Positions 18,871 through 29,894 are shown, counted from the first letter of the stretch. The stretch is 64,000 bases of DNA from Candidatus Iainarchaeum sp. (GCA_017609625.1 JAFCDN010000010.1:9153-73152), one strand, 5' to 3'. Program-made: numbers and translations. Notes: generated from the letters alone by a model not told the origin.

Positions 18871-20298
18871 AACAGAATGCACTGCATTTTTTTTTGTTTC
18901 AGGAAAATCTGTCCTAAAATGGCATCCGCGGGATTCTTCTCTATTCAAAGCAGATTCAATAATTTTTTCAGCCAAAAAAGTTGAATTATTTTCCTGCATT
19001 TTCCTGATTTCTTGCAGAGCTTTCTTTAATCCATTTTCATTTCTTTGAATTCCAACAAAATTCCGCATGAGCTCTTTTAAATTATTCAAATTAAAATCTG
19101 AATTTGATTCTTTTGTTTTTAATTCAATTTTTGTTTTACTTTTTTCATTTTTTTCCTTCAAAGAATTCCTGCCCGCAATCGAACCAAAAACCATTGCTTC
19201 TAATAAAGAATTGCTTGCCAGCCTGTTTGCTCCGTGCAGGCCGGAACAAGAGCATTCCCCTGCAGCAAAAATGTTTCTAATGTTGGTTCTTGCATTTTCA
19301 TCTATTTTTATTCCTCCAATGGAATAATGCGCTGCAGGTTCTATTTCAATTGCCTTTTCTTCTATTTTTAATCCAAGTTCCCTTGTTTTCTTATAGATGC
19401 TTGGAAACCTTTGTTTTAAATTCTCTATTTTGGTGCAGTCCAAAAAAACTTTTCTTCCGGAATTAATCTGCAAAAAAATTTCCTGCGAAACAATGTCTCT
19501 TGTGGCTAAGTCTTTTCCTTCAAATTTTCTCATAAATTTTTCATTTAAATCATTTACCAAAAAAGCGCCTTCTCCTCTCAAAGTTTCTGAAAGCAGAAAA
19601 TTGTTTCCTTTAATTGTGGTTGGATGGAACTGTTCAAACTCCAAATCCATTAAATGAACCCCTGCTTTAAGTGCAATAGAATTTGCTTCTCCTAAGTTTC
19701 CTTTAGGATTAGTGCTTTTGCCGTAAAGAGAAGAATATCCGCCGGAAGCAAAAACCAGTGAATTAAATTTTGCAGTGAAATCTTCAAACACTGCGGCTTT
19801 TCCAGAATTATTTTCAATTATCACTTCTTTTAGTGTTTGTTCAGGAAAAAAATGAATATTTTTTTCTTTTGCGAGTTTAAAATAAAATTTTGTTATTTCT
19901 CTCCCTATGTTGTCCCCGTCTGCATGCAATACCCTGTTTTTTGAATGCCCTGCTTCTAATCCAAGGCTTATTCCTTTTTCATTTTCATCAAATTCAAATC
20001 CTTGTTCAATCAATTCCAGAACTTTTTCTTTTCCTTTTTCTACAAGAATTTTAACGATTTTTTCTTCGCATAATCCTGCACCTGCTCTAACTGTATCATT
20101 AAAGTGTTCTTTAACCAGATCGTTTTTTGCTATTGCGGCAGAGATTCCTCCCTGTGCATTAAAGCTGCTTGATTCAAAACTTTTTTTTTCTTCGGAAAAA
20201 AAGACTGCGGTATTTTTTTCTTTTGTTGTTTCGATTGCAGTGCTTAACCCTGCAAGCCCTCTTCCTATAATTACTGAATCAAAAAATTCTTCTTCCAT
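18859..20298 (-). CDS. nadB: L-aspartate oxidase-like FAD flavoprotein (NadB / fumarate-reductase flavoprotein family)
   Basis: DSVIIGRGLAGLSTA, FHPTT, RGEGAFL, HYSIGGIKID, and AAGECSCSGLHGANRLASNSLLE. The 479-aa length fits NadB better than SdhA. Confidence 0.6.
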   Translation of the reverse strand: MEEEFFDSVIIGRGLAGLSTAIETTKEKNTAVFFSEEKKSFESSSFNAQGGISAAIAKNDLVKEHFNDTVRAGAGLCEEKIVKILVEKGKEKVLELIEQGFEFDENEKGISLGLEAGHSKNRVLHADGDNIGREITKFYFKLAKEKNIHFFPEQTLKEVIIENNSGKAAVFEDFTAKFNSLVFASGGYSSLYGKSTNPKGNLGEANSIALKAGVHLMDLEFEQFHPTTIKGNNFLLSETLRGEGAFLVNDLNEKFMRKFEGKDLATRDIVSQEIFLQINSGRKVFLDCTKIENLKQRFPSIYKKTRELGLKIEEKAIEIEPAAHYSIGGIKIDENARTNIRNIFAAGECSCSGLHGANRLASNSLLEAMVFGSIAGRNSLKEKNEKSKTKIELKTKESNSDFNLNNLKELMRNFVGIQRNENGLKKALQEIRKMQENNSTFLAEKIIESALNREESRGCHFRTDFPETKKNAVHSVLSE

Positions 20299-20307
20299 TT
20301 AAATCAG

Positions 20308-21210
20308 TTAAACTTCAATTTCATCCAAATCTTTTGCTGCAATAACATTTCCAAAAAATTCCCTTGTTTCAATTTCAAACTTTTCTGTTTCCTTGTGCCT
20401 TGGGCTGAAATGAAACAACACCAATTTCTTAACTTTAGCTTTTTCTGCAATCTTTCCAGCATCTTTTGCTGTAGAATGCATTGTTTCTTTTGCTCTTTCT
20501 TTCATTTTTTCAATAAAAGTGCTTTCATGAAACAAAACATCTGATTCCTTTACTTTGCTTATGTAAGAATTGTTTGCTAAAGTATCAAAAACAAAAGAAA
20601 TTTTTTTCCCAGTCTTTTTTTTGCTTTCATCCAAAACATCTTTTGGATAAAAAGTTTTTTTCCCAACTTTAACTTTTTTTCCTTTCTGTAAAGCGCTCCA
20701 TAAAGGGCCTTCCGGAATCTTTAATTTCAATGCAGTTTCTCTGCTGAATTTTCCTAAAGAATCTTTTTCCTTAAAAACAAATCCAAAGCAGGGAATATCG
20801 TGTTTTAGCTTGAATGCTTCAATAAAAAAGTTTTCTTCTTCTAAAATCTTTCCTGCTTTTAATTCAACTGTTTTAATCTCAAAATTAACTTTTAATAGGC
20901 TTAACTCCATTGATTTTTTTATTGTTTCTTTGATTCCTTTTGGCCCAAACACATATAATGGATAATCCCTTTGATGCATTGACATTGTTGCAATCAATCC
21001 CGGCAATCCAAGAATATGGTCCCCATGCAGATGCGAAAGAAAGATTGAATGGATTTTCATATAAGAAAGCTTTGCTTTCATTAACTGTCTTTGAGTTCCT
21101 TCTGGACAGTCAAACAAATAATTTAATCCGTCAAAGTTCAGTAAAATTGAACTTAAATTCCTTTCTTTGGAGGGAGTTGATGCGCTGGTTCCCAATACAA
21201 AAAGCTTCAT
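20308..21210 (-). CDS. rnz: Ribonuclease Z (tRNA 3' endonuclease)
   Basis: MKLFVLGTSASTPSKERNLSSILL...FLSHLHGDHILGLPGLIATM (HxHxDH), with a C-terminal His motif. Confidence 0.85.
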   Translation of the reverse strand: MKLFVLGTSASTPSKERNLSSILLNFDGLNYLFDCPEGTQRQLMKAKLSYMKIHSIFLSHLHGDHILGLPGLIATMSMHQRDYPLYVFGPKGIKETIKKSMELSLLKVNFEIKTVELKAGKILEEENFFIEAFKLKHDIPCFGFVFKEKDSLGKFSRETALKLKIPEGPLWSALQKGKKVKVGKKTFYPKDVLDESKKKTGKKISFVFDTLANNSYISKVKESDVLFHESTFIEKMKERAKETMHSTAKDAGKIAEKAKVKKLVLFHFSPRHKETEKFEIETREFFGNVIAAKDLDEIEV

Positions 21211-21338
21211 ATTAACACTTTCCTTTTTATTTTTATTATTATTTTTTGGTTCATTCTTCGATTGAATTCATTATGATTTTAATACCCAATGCAGTATTAT
21301 TTTTTTATAAAGAGAGTTTTTAAAAGAGCGTTTTTTTT

Positions 21339-23270
21339 ATGCAAAAAAAGCAACAAAAAGAAACAAAGGATTTGCAGTTTAAATCCACAAAAGAAATTGA
21401 AGTTCCAAAGAAATTAGTAGCACAGGTTATAGGCCAGGAAAAGTCGGTTGAAATAATAAAAAAAGCAGCTGCACAAAAAAGAAATGTTTTGCTGGTTGGA
21501 AAACCAGGAACAGGAAAATCAATGCTTGCACAGGCAATGTCTGAAATAATTCCAATAGGAAAACTAACTGATATTTTAGTGTATCCAAACAAACCTGATC
21601 CAAATAATCCAAAAATCAGGGTTGTAAGAGCAGGAGAAGGAAAAAAAATTGTGGAACAGGCAAAATTAAACCAAATGCAAAAAGACAATGGCTCAAGAAT
21701 GCTTGGTTTTATTCTTCCAATTGGTTGGTTTATTTTAGCTTCAATTTTGTTTCATTTTGGTTTTATTGGAGAAATTACCTTTGCCGCCTTGCTTATTTTA
21801 GGCGGATTTATTTTAATAGGTTTTGCTTTAGGTTCCCAAATCAGAACAAAAGGCGAAAACGATGTTCCAAAGTTATTGGTAGATAATTCAGCAAAAAAGA
21901 TTGCTCCTTTTTTTGAAGCAACAGGAGCAAGAGCAGGAGCACTTCTTGGGGATGTAAGACATGATCCTTTGCAAAGCGGGGGCCTTGGAACCCCCCCTCA
22001 CTTAAGAGTTGAACCTGGATATATTCACAGAACAAACAACGGAGTATTGTTTGTTGATGAAATTGCAACTCTTACACCAAAATCTCAGCAGGAACTTTTA
22101 ACTGCAATGCAGGAAAAAAAATATTCTATTACAGGCCAAAGCGAATTAAGTTCTGGTGCAATGACCAGAACAGAAGCAATCCCGACAGATTTTGTTTTGG
22201 TTGCAGCAGGAAACTATGAAGATTTGGAAAAAGTCCACCCCGCATTACGCTCCAGAATCCGCGGTTACGGCTATGAACTTTATATGAACCTTGACATGCC
22301 TGATACCTCAGAAAACAGGAATAAAATTGTGCAGTTTGTTGCACAAGAAATAAAAAAAGACAAAAAAATCCCTCATTTTTCAAAGAACGCAGTTGACTTG
22401 ATTATTTTTGAAGCAAAAAGAAGAGCAGGAAAAAAAAACAATTTAACCTTAAAACTAAGAGATTTAGGCGGCCTAGTAAGGGCTGCAGGAGATATTGCAA
22501 TAGAAAAAAGCCATTCTTTAGTTGAAGAACAAGATGTATTGGAAGCAAAAACTAATGCCAAAACTTTAGAGCAGCAGATAGTAACCCAATTAATTGAAGA
22601 AAGAAAAGGATATGATGTTTTCCTGAATGAAGGTTTTGCAGTTGGAAGAGTAAATGGATTAGCTGTTTCTGGAGACGGAGACGCTGGAATGATTCTGCCG
22701 ATTGAAGCTGAAATTGCTCCGGCTCAAAGCTCTTCTGAAGGAAAAATTATTGCTACAGGAAAGCTTGGAGAAATTGCAAGAGAAGCAGTGCAGAATGTTT
22801 CTGCAATAACTAAAAGAATCAGCGGAAAAGATATTTCAAAATATGATCTGCATATTCAGTTTTTGCAGACATATTCTGGAGTAGAAGGGGATTCTGCTTC
22901 AATTTCTGTTGCAACAGCAATAATTTCTGCTTTAGAAAAAGTTCCGATTAAACAGTCTCTTGCAATGACCGGCTCTTTAAGTGTCAGAGGAGAAGTTCTG
23001 CCGGTTGGAGGAGTTACAGCAAAAGTTTCTGCCGCAATTACTGCTGAATTTAAACAAGTTATAGTTCCAAAATCAAATGTTCCGGATATTATTTTAACAA
23101 AAAAAGAAAGACAAAAAATTGAAATAATTCCAGTTTCAACTTTAAGTGATGTATTGAATAATGCGTTTGAAAAAACCAGTGGAAAAACCAAATTATTAAA
23201 GGATTTAGAGAGGCTTCTAAATATTGACTTTCCAAGTGTCATAAAAAAAGTATCGCATAAAATGAAATGA
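21339..23270 (+). CDS. lonB: Archaeal membrane-bound Lon protease (LonB)
   Basis: Walker [14 protein letters not shown], two TM helices inserted in the AAA+ module, Walker B VLFVDEI, and a protease domain [24 protein letters not shown] (Ser-Lys dyad). Confidence 0.9.
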   Translation: MQKKQQKETKDLQFKSTKEIEVPKKLVAQVIGQEKSVEIIKKAAAQKRNVLLVGKPGTGKSMLAQAMSEIIPIGKLTDILVYPNKPDPNNPKIRVVRAGEGKKIVEQAKLNQMQKDNGSRMLGFILPIGWFILASILFHFGFIGEITFAALLILGGFILIGFALGSQIRTKGENDVPKLLVDNSAKKIAPFFEATGARAGALLGDVRHDPLQSGGLGTPPHLRVEPGYIHRTNNGVLFVDEIATLTPKSQQELLTAMQEKKYSITGQSELSSGAMTRTEAIPTDFVLVAAGNYEDLEKVHPALRSRIRGYGYELYMNLDMPDTSENRNKIVQFVAQEIKKDKKIPHFSKNAVDLIIFEAKRRAGKKNNLTLKLRDLGGLVRAAGDIAIEKSHSLVEEQDVLEAKTNAKTLEQQIVTQLIEERKGYDVFLNEGFAVGRVNGLAVSGDGDAGMILPIEAEIAPAQSSSEGKIIATGKLGEIAREAVQNVSAITKRISGKDISKYDLHIQFLQTYSGVEGDSASISVATAIISALEKVPIKQSLAMTGSLSVRGEVLPVGGVTAKVSAAITAEFKQVIVPKSNVPDIILTKKERQKIEIIPVSTLSDVLNNAFEKTSGKTKLLKDLERLLNIDFPSVIKKVSHKMK

Positions 23271-23318
23271 TTTTTCAGGAAACCATTTTGCATTCACAAA
23301 ATAAAGTATTGGTAAATT

Positions 23319-24539
23319 TCACGAAACTATGATTTTTCCTTTATGCACTTTAAATTTTGTTTTTGTAAGCTTTGTCAGTGGTTTTGCTTTTCCTTTGAAT
23401 AAAATACTTTTCTCTTTTTTGTTTATTTTTTCTACTTCTCCGATCATTTTTCCTTTAGAATAAACAGGCAGACCTACAAGCAGTTCTGTTACTCTTTTTC
23501 TTACATCAAACACTTCGCTTAATTTATAAGAAATTATCAAAACAACAAAGCTTGAAATCATGCTTCCAATAAACCACAACAAATCAGCCTGGCCGATTAA
23601 AACTAGAGTTCCTGCATCCAGAATAAACCATAAAAGCAAGGTAGAGATTGCATACATTACATAATTCCTTAAATGAAATGCTTTTTTGAAGTGAAATGCA
23701 TCAATACTTTTTCCTATTAGAAAAGAGATTGGAACCAAAAACAATAAAACAAAATAAACTTCCTGTAAAGCAGAAAAGCTTCTTAATAAAATATCTGTTT
23801 CCAGGCTTTCAGTGAATGCAGTGTAAACCTGATAAAATCCAAAAACAAAAATAAACAGGCTTCCAACATAAAAAATAAAGCTTGACCTTGAAATAGAAAT
23901 ATGCTGGAAAAAATCTCTGCTTGTGGAAATAATTTTTTCTTCTATTCCAAATCCTTTTAACAATAAATAAATTCCTAAAACCAGTGAAACTAACTGCAAG
24001 CTTAACGCGCCAAAAATGTAATATAAAATCAGGATTACTCCTGGAACCCCAAAAACAATTCTTGCTAAATAAGGGTCTTTCAAAGCTTCTTTTATTGTAT
24101 AATAAGTGCTTTCAACTTCTGAAGCCTGTTTTACTATTATTGTTTCTTTTGACAAAATAATTGCCCTGGATTGTAAAATCGGAATAACCTGGTCGTCTTC
24201 TGCGCCGTCAGTAACCAAAACAAAAGCATCTGTCTGAAACTTTTCCAAAACCTGGTCTAATTGTTCGTTTATTTCTTTGTCTGATTCAAACTCTTTTTTT
24301 CCCACTCCTGTTAAAGTTGCGATTTCCACATTAGAATAGTATTTTTTTACTTCGTCAAACTTTCTCACTGCGCCGAAAATGCAGTTTACATCGCTTTCTC
24401 CTGGATCTGCAATTCCAAGCTTTGCTGCTGCATTTAGATTTTCTTTTCTTCCGATTATCGGCCCTGAAACATTTGCTTTTCTGCCTAAATCATTGTCTCT
24501 GTCAACGCACACAATCAAAACGTTCTTTGCTTCTTTCAT
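23319..24539 (-). CDS. Conserved archaeal integral membrane protein with an N-terminal cytoplasmic domain (possibly the DUF373 family)
   Basis: A soluble N-terminal ~130 aa (VLIVCVDRDNDLGRK...), then about 6 TM helices. The family name is from memory and uncertain. Confidence 0.35.
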   Translation of the reverse strand: MKEAKNVLIVCVDRDNDLGRKANVSGPIIGRKENLNAAAKLGIADPGESDVNCIFGAVRKFDEVKKYYSNVEIATLTGVGKKEFESDKEINEQLDQVLEKFQTDAFVLVTDGAEDDQVIPILQSRAIILSKETIIVKQASEVESTYYTIKEALKDPYLARIVFGVPGVILILYYIFGALSLQLVSLVLGIYLLLKGFGIEEKIISTSRDFFQHISISRSSFIFYVGSLFIFVFGFYQVYTAFTESLETDILLRSFSALQEVYFVLLFLVPISFLIGKSIDAFHFKKAFHLRNYVMYAISTLLLWFILDAGTLVLIGQADLLWFIGSMISSFVVLIISYKLSEVFDVRKRVTELLVGLPVYSKGKMIGEVEKINKKEKSILFKGKAKPLTKLTKTKFKVHKGKIIVS

Positions 24540-24651
24540 AATCTCATTTCTCTTTTGTTTTATTTAAATTTAATGCCTAGCTTTAAATACATCTTTACAA
24601 TTTATATTATATATAAAAACAATATTTTATTAAACAATTTAAGGTTATAAA

Positions 24652-25638
24652 ATGGTCAAGAGATTCGGCAAAACTGAAAGCTATAAAGTAAAGCAATACA
24701 TCTTTATTTTTGTTTTTATTATTTTAATTGCTGTTACATGGCTTGCATGGAACAGCAGGGATGAATTTGCAGTCTGGCTTGCAGTGGTTTTTGCTTTTTT
24801 TGCAGTGGCTTTTTTAATCCGCCAGTATGATTTTTTGTTAACACTAAAAGAATATGAAAGAGCAGTAATATTTACTTTAGGCAGAGTTACAAGAGTTGGA
24901 GGTCCTGGATGGACTTTTGTTATTCCAATAATCCAGTCTTATGTGCTGGTTGATTTGCGAACCAAGACTATTGATGTTCCTCCGCAGGAAGTGATTACTA
25001 CAGATAAAATAAAGCTTCAGATTAATGCAGTAATTTATTTGTATGTTGATAAAACAAAAAATTCTGTAATCAATTCAGTAATTGAAATAGATAATTATGT
25101 TACTGCTACAAGGCTTTATGTCAGGTCTACTGTCAGGGATGTAGTTGGTTCAATGGATTTATCCAGTGTTATTTCAAACATTGCTTTATTAAATGCTGAA
25201 GTTAAAAGAAAACTGGAAGAAGTTGCAATTCAATGGGGAGTTAAAATTGAAGCAGTTGAAATAACTAATGTAACTATTCCAGAAGAAGTTTTAGTTGCAA
25301 TGCACGAGCAAAAAGCAGCAGAGCAAAGAAAGCTTGCAGTATTTGAAGAAGCAGAAGGCAAAAAATATGAAATTGAAGCAATTAAAGCTGCCTCTGATTC
25401 TTTAAGTGACAAAACAATTGCATATTATTACATTAATGCCCTTGAAAAAATGGCTGACGGAAAAAGCACTAAAATTGTTTTTCCAATGGAACTCTCAAGG
25501 TTTGCTCAATCTTTAAGCGAGCGCGTAGGAAGAAAAGGCGGAGGATTAGATTTAGCTTCAATTGGCATTACTCCGGAAATGGTAAAAGAATATTTAGAAA
25601 TGAAAAAAAAGAAAAAGAAAAAAACTGATGAAGAATAA
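24652..25638 (+). CDS. SPFH/band-7 (stomatin-like) membrane protein
   Basis: N-terminal TM helices, then YERAVIFTLGRVTRVGGPGWTFVIPIIQSYVLVDLRTKTIDVPPQEVITTD (stomatin signature). Confidence 0.85.
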   Translation: MVKRFGKTESYKVKQYIFIFVFIILIAVTWLAWNSRDEFAVWLAVVFAFFAVAFLIRQYDFLLTLKEYERAVIFTLGRVTRVGGPGWTFVIPIIQSYVLVDLRTKTIDVPPQEVITTDKIKLQINAVIYLYVDKTKNSVINSVIEIDNYVTATRLYVRSTVRDVVGSMDLSSVISNIALLNAEVKRKLEEVAIQWGVKIEAVEITNVTIPEEVLVAMHEQKAAEQRKLAVFEEAEGKKYEIEAIKAASDSLSDKTIAYYYINALEKMADGKSTKIVFPMELSRFAQSLSERVGRKGGGLDLASIGITPEMVKEYLEMKKKKKKKTDEE

Positions 25639-25706
25639 TTAACCCGCTATCAGCATTGCTTTAATCAACACCCAAACAAAAACCACGCACTCTATTTTGT
25701 TGTTGT
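25639..25706 (-). pseudogene. Remnant of the C-terminal coding end of a membrane-protein gene related to 28092..28970
   Basis: The minus strand translates *NNNKIECVVFVWVLIKAMLIAG*, matching the end of the 28092..28970 ORF (...FLLIGALIEAMLIAG*). The differences are mostly at synonymous positions. Confidence 0.4.
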
Positions 25707-25778
25707 TTTAGGGTTTTACAGCTGAACAGCAAGGGAATATTTATAAGATTTTACTGTCTTTTAGGTTTAGGTGGTTAA

Positions 25779-26210
25779 ATGAAAGTCAGGGATGTTTATG
25801 AAAAAAATTCCGGTTTTGTAGATAAAGTTTTTGAAAATGATTCAATTGAAAAAGTCATTGAAGTAATGGCAGAAAATAAATCCACCAGAACAGTTTTTGT
25901 GATTGATAAAAAAATGAATTTAGTCGGAGTAATAACAATCCGTGAAATTTTCGGCCAGATATTTGATAAAATGAAACCCAAAATACTAAAAATATTCAAC
26001 AAAAAAAAGAATTTAAAAGCAAGGGATGTAATGAAATTTGGGATATCTGTTTCATTAGATGACAGCTTAGATGATGCTTTTCGTGCAGCTATTGTATCTA
26101 ACCTGCAGGATCTTCCTGTTTGTGAAAAAGGAAAAATTGCAGGCGAGCTGGACTGCTTTGAGCTTTTAGATGGTTTGATTGCAGAAAACAAGAATTACTT
26201 CAAAGAATAA
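25779..26210 (+). CDS. CBS-domain pair protein
   Basis: Two CBS-like modules (VMAENKSTRTVFVIDKKMNLVGVITIREIF; LQDLPVCEKGKIAGELDCFELL) in a 143-aa protein. Confidence 0.7.
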   Translation: MKVRDVYEKNSGFVDKVFENDSIEKVIEVMAENKSTRTVFVIDKKMNLVGVITIREIFGQIFDKMKPKILKIFNKKKNLKARDVMKFGISVSLDDSLDDAFRAAIVSNLQDLPVCEKGKIAGELDCFELLDGLIAENKNYFKE

Positions 26211-26215
26211 TATCA

Positions 26216-27886
26216 TTAATAATTAAATTCCTTGTTTTTCAGCCAGTTTAATTCAAAATTTCTTCCTTTATTAATGTCCTGCAGAATAGTTTTCACTTTG
26301 TCTGCTGCAATAATTGAAGGCACTAAAACAAATTCAATGCCTTCTGCATAAAGTTTTCTTGCATTATGTTTGTTTTGAGCCAGAACAATAAGTTTTGTTT
26401 CACTGTTTTTTTGAAGGAGTTTTTTTGCAAGAACAATATTTGAATTAATATCCATTATAGTTGAAACAACCACTTTTGGTTTTACTTTCAGAATAAAATT
26501 GATTGTTTCTAAATCAGATACATCTCCATAAAAAGTATGAAAGTTTAATTTGCCTGCTTCTTTTAATGCTCTTGGATCAAAATCAACAACTAAAATATTT
26601 TTTTCTTTCACTTGTTTTTCAATAAAAATTCTTTTTCCTGCTTTTCCAAAGCCAAGGCAGACAATAGAGTATTCTTTTTCTTCAGCCATGTGCAAGGAAT
26701 CTTCAAAAAATCTTTTGCTTTGCAAAAAAGGCAAAAAGTCAGATAATATATTGTAAATCCTGTTATTGTAAATAATAAGATAAGTGGAAACGCTGATTGT
26801 TGCAACTGCCACTAAAGTAATCATTGAAACAACTTCTTTGGAAACATGCCCTGCTTTTTCCCCTAAAAAAATTAATATCAATGAAAATTCACTTATTTGT
26901 GCAACCGTCAGGCTTGAAAGAAAACTTGTCCTGCCTTTATAACCCAGCTTAGCCATTAAAATAAAAACTATTATCGGGTTTCCTATAAGGACAAAAATTG
27001 AAAATATTATTGCAGGGGTAAAAATTATGTTTGATGCAGTAAACACCAAATTTGAGCCTAAGACCACAAAAAACAATACAATGAAAAAATCCCTTAAATA
27101 TTTTAGTTTCCCTAATACTTCATAAGTGTATGGAAGGGCTGCTATTGAAACTCCTGCAAGAAAAGCCCCAATTTCTTTGGAAAAACCAAGAAAAATAGCC
27201 GCCGCAGAAAAAACAAAACACCAGGAAATAGCTCCAAGGAAAAGAAGTTCCTGGTTTGTGGAAAGAGCATCAAATACTTTTTTAACCAGAAACTTTGAAA
27301 CAATAAAAAACAACAAAAACAATGCAATCAGGCTTAAAGCAAACTGGGAAAGCTGGTCGGTTAAGTTAGTTGAAAAAGAAAAAGAAGAAATCAAAACAAG
27401 AGCCACAATTGCAACAAAATCCTGCACAAGCAAAAAACCAATTGATATTTTTCCATATAATGAATTCAGTTCGTTTTTGTCAGACAATAGTTTTACAATT
27501 ATAATAGTGCTGCTGAAAGTTAATGCAATTGCTATATACAAGGATTCTAAAAAACCAAAACCCAAAAGCGTTGCAATCCCAAACCCGCCAATAGTGGTAA
27601 AAACAATCTGCCCTATTCCTGTTATGACTGATATTTTTCCGATTTCTCTGAAAATCCTTAAATCAAGATTCATTCCGACAAGGAACAGCAGAAAAGCCAC
27701 GCCAAGTTCTGAAAAAACATGCAGAAGTTCCTTGTAGGTGATTACATTCAAGAAAGAAGAGCCAAGAAGAATTCCTGCAAAAATAAAAGCAAGCAGAATA
27801 GGCTGTTTTAGTTTTCTGAACAAGAATCCAAGTAAAGTGGCAACCACAATTACTGCTGCAAGCTCTAAAAAGAAATTCTCTAACAC
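26216..27886 (-). CDS. Monovalent cation:proton antiporter (CPA2/Kef-type) with a C-terminal RCK/TrkA-N domain
   Basis: About 12 TM helices, then the Rossmann motif IVCLGFGKAGKRI and an RCK-like C-terminus. Confidence 0.8.
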   Translation of the reverse strand: MLENFFLELAAVIVVATLLGFLFRKLKQPILLAFIFAGILLGSSFLNVITYKELLHVFSELGVAFLLFLVGMNLDLRIFREIGKISVITGIGQIVFTTIGGFGIATLLGFGFLESLYIAIALTFSSTIIIVKLLSDKNELNSLYGKISIGFLLVQDFVAIVALVLISSFSFSTNLTDQLSQFALSLIALFLLFFIVSKFLVKKVFDALSTNQELLFLGAISWCFVFSAAAIFLGFSKEIGAFLAGVSIAALPYTYEVLGKLKYLRDFFIVLFFVVLGSNLVFTASNIIFTPAIIFSIFVLIGNPIIVFILMAKLGYKGRTSFLSSLTVAQISEFSLILIFLGEKAGHVSKEVVSMITLVAVATISVSTYLIIYNNRIYNILSDFLPFLQSKRFFEDSLHMAEEKEYSIVCLGFGKAGKRIFIEKQVKEKNILVVDFDPRALKEAGKLNFHTFYGDVSDLETINFILKVKPKVVVSTIMDINSNIVLAKKLLQKNSETKLIVLAQNKHNARKLYAEGIEFVLVPSIIAADKVKTILQDINKGRNFELNWLKNKEFNY

Positions 27887-28091
27887 AAATCAAAACCTTT
27901 TTTTCTGTTAATAACAAATTTTATTGTTTCAGCAAATTTTTCCATTTAGGCACGCCTTAAATTATTGAGTGCTATTAATACTTATAAATAGTTTTATAAT
28001 TATGCAGGCAGAGAACTCAAAAAACGCAGTTTATTGCACTGTTATTATTTAAAGACTTTAAATTAGGCAAACACTTAAAATATTAAAAGAG

Positions 28092-28970
28092 TCAGCCTGC
28101 AATCAGCATTGCTTCAATTAATGCTCCGATTAAAAGGAAAATTACTGCAAGCAAAATTAATCCAAGAGAATCTTTTACTAACTGTTTAATCTCGTGTTTT
28201 CTGTAATGCCCTTTTGTTACTACAATTGAAATCAATGCCCCGGCAATTGCTCCGACAAAATAACCTAAAACTTCAAATATTCCGTGGGGAACTAAACCCA
28301 AAGCTTTAATTAAACCATGAAAATAAGCTGCAATTGGAGCAAAAGCACCTAAAGAAGCATATTCAGGCAAAAGCATTAAAGCGTCTTTTCCTATTACTGC
28401 GCCGATAACTGAAGCATTCCATGCAATCAAAAACATTGCTCCTACTCCATAAACAAAAGACAAAATTATTGCCAAAAAAAGCACTCTTAAATTGTTTTGC
28501 AGTATTACATCAAACCAGCACCATAAATTTTCCCCGCACACTCCACTACTTCCAGAAAGTTGTCCAGTTAATTCTGTTCTTAATTCTCCTATTCCTTGAA
28601 TTACAGTATTTTGTTCAGCAAAAACAACACTGGAAACTTCTGTCGGCAAAACAACATACCATATGCTGTAACTTAAAATCAAGCCAATAAAAAACCAAGA
28701 ATAAATTGAAACAATATCAAAATGCCTTGAAATAAAAGAATGCCATTTCCCGCCTTTAGAAGCTTCTTCTGCTTCTTCTAAAATAAAGATAGTGTACAGA
28801 ATTGGAACTATTCCTATTGTAATAAATCCAATGCTTAAAACACTTGCACTCTCTGGAAAAGTATAATAGCTGGTCCAGATCCCCAAAGAAGAAAGTATTG
28901 CAGCCAAAAACATCATTACTAAAGGGTGTCTTCTTACTTCAATCCCGCTTACAATTGACTCTAAAACCAT
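28092..28970 (-). CDS. Polytopic membrane protein (possibly SpoIIM/DUF95-like)
   Basis: Multiple TM helices. The family assignment is tentative, and no catalytic motif was recognised. Confidence 0.3.
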   Translation of the reverse strand: MVLESIVSGIEVRRHPLVMMFLAAILSSLGIWTSYYTFPESASVLSIGFITIGIVPILYTIFILEEAEEASKGGKWHSFISRHFDIVSIYSWFFIGLILSYSIWYVVLPTEVSSVVFAEQNTVIQGIGELRTELTGQLSGSSGVCGENLWCWFDVILQNNLRVLFLAIILSFVYGVGAMFLIAWNASVIGAVIGKDALMLLPEYASLGAFAPIAAYFHGLIKALGLVPHGIFEVLGYFVGAIAGALISIVVTKGHYRKHEIKQLVKDSLGLILLAVIFLLIGALIEAMLIAG

Positions 28971-29042
28971 TTTTTTCGCCTTTTATTACTGTTTTAAATA
29001 TGTTTTCTTTCCTTATTAATATTATCTATTTTTATTTTTAGA

Positions 29043-29609
29043 GTGATTTTTTTGGGTAAAGAATTTGTTGTGCCAGGAGAATTTTTAACTGTAGAAGAAG
29101 AGTATTCTCCGGGAAAAAATACTTTTGAAGATGAAGAAGGAAACATTTATTCAACTAAAGTTGGAGAAAAAGACTTTGATAATAAAGAAAGAGAGGTTTC
29201 AATTAAAGAAAAAAATGCTGTAAATGACTTGATTGAAGTTGGAAGCATTGTAATAGGAAAAGTTGTTTTAATGAAAGACTCCTTTATGTTATTAGAGATT
29301 TTAAATATAGAAAAAAACGGAAAAAAACAGATTTCAGTTTTTAATTCAGCAAGATTAAGAATTTCAAATGTCTGCAGAAGTCATGTAAATGAATTAAGAG
29401 ACGAATTCAGGCGGGGAGATCTTGTAAAAGCAAAAGTAGTTGAAAAAAACAAGTTTGGAATAGAGGTTTCAACTGTAGAAAGAGAATTTGGAGTAATAAA
29501 AGCTTTTTGTTCAAAATGCAGGCAGTCTTTAAGTTTATTTGGAGAAACACTTAAGTGTTCTAAATGCGGTTCAATCGAAAAAAGAAAGCTTTCAGCTGAA
29601 TTCAAATGA
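29043..29609 (+). CDS. csl4: Exosome complex RNA-binding subunit Csl4 (S1 plus Zn-ribbon)
   Basis: N-terminal VPGEFLTVEEEYSPGKNT, S1-like GSIVIGKVVLMKDSFMLLEIL...RISNV, and a C-terminal Zn-ribbon CSKCRQ...CSKCGS. Adjacent to rpoL. Confidence 0.7.
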   Translation: MIFLGKEFVVPGEFLTVEEEYSPGKNTFEDEEGNIYSTKVGEKDFDNKEREVSIKEKNAVNDLIEVGSIVIGKVVLMKDSFMLLEILNIEKNGKKQISVFNSARLRISNVCRSHVNELRDEFRRGDLVKAKVVEKNKFGIEVSTVEREFGVIKAFCSKCRQSLSLFGETLKCSKCGSIEKRKLSAEFK

Positions 29610-29618
29610 GGTGTTATA

Positions 29619-29894
29619 GTGGAAATAGAAGTAATAAAAAAAGAAAAAAACCTTTTAGAATTTAAAATTAAAGGAGAAAGACATGCTTTATCTAATCTGC
29701 TTAAGACCAAATTACTGGAAGAAAAAGAAGCAGAATTTGTTGCATATAAATTAGAGCATCCAATGGACGAAGATTCAGTTTTTGTTTTAAGAACAAAAAC
29801 AAAAGACCCGAAAAAAGTTTTATCAGATGCTTTAACTGACCTTCAAAAAGATTTAAATGAATTTTCAAAAGAGTTAAAAAAGAATTTCAAGTAA
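29619..29894 (+). CDS. rpoL: DNA-directed RNA polymerase subunit L (Rpo11)
   Basis: MEIEVIKKEKNLLEFKIKGERHALSNLLKTKLLEEKEAEFVAYKLEHPMDEDSVFVLRTKT matches the RpoL/Rpb11 pattern (E...GEDHTLGNLL...V.FA.Y...HP). Confidence 0.75.
   Translation: MEIEVIKKEKNLLEFKIKGERHALSNLLKTKLLEEKEAEFVAYKLEHPMDEDSVFVLRTKTKDPKKVLSDALTDLQKDLNEFSKELKKNFK

Noticed and set aside
21320-21688. 122-aa minus-strand ORF overlapping the start of the Lon protease gene
   Set aside because: It is a hydrophobic, low-complexity translation antisense to the K/E-rich Lon N-terminus. The Lon frame has all AAA+ and protease motifs.
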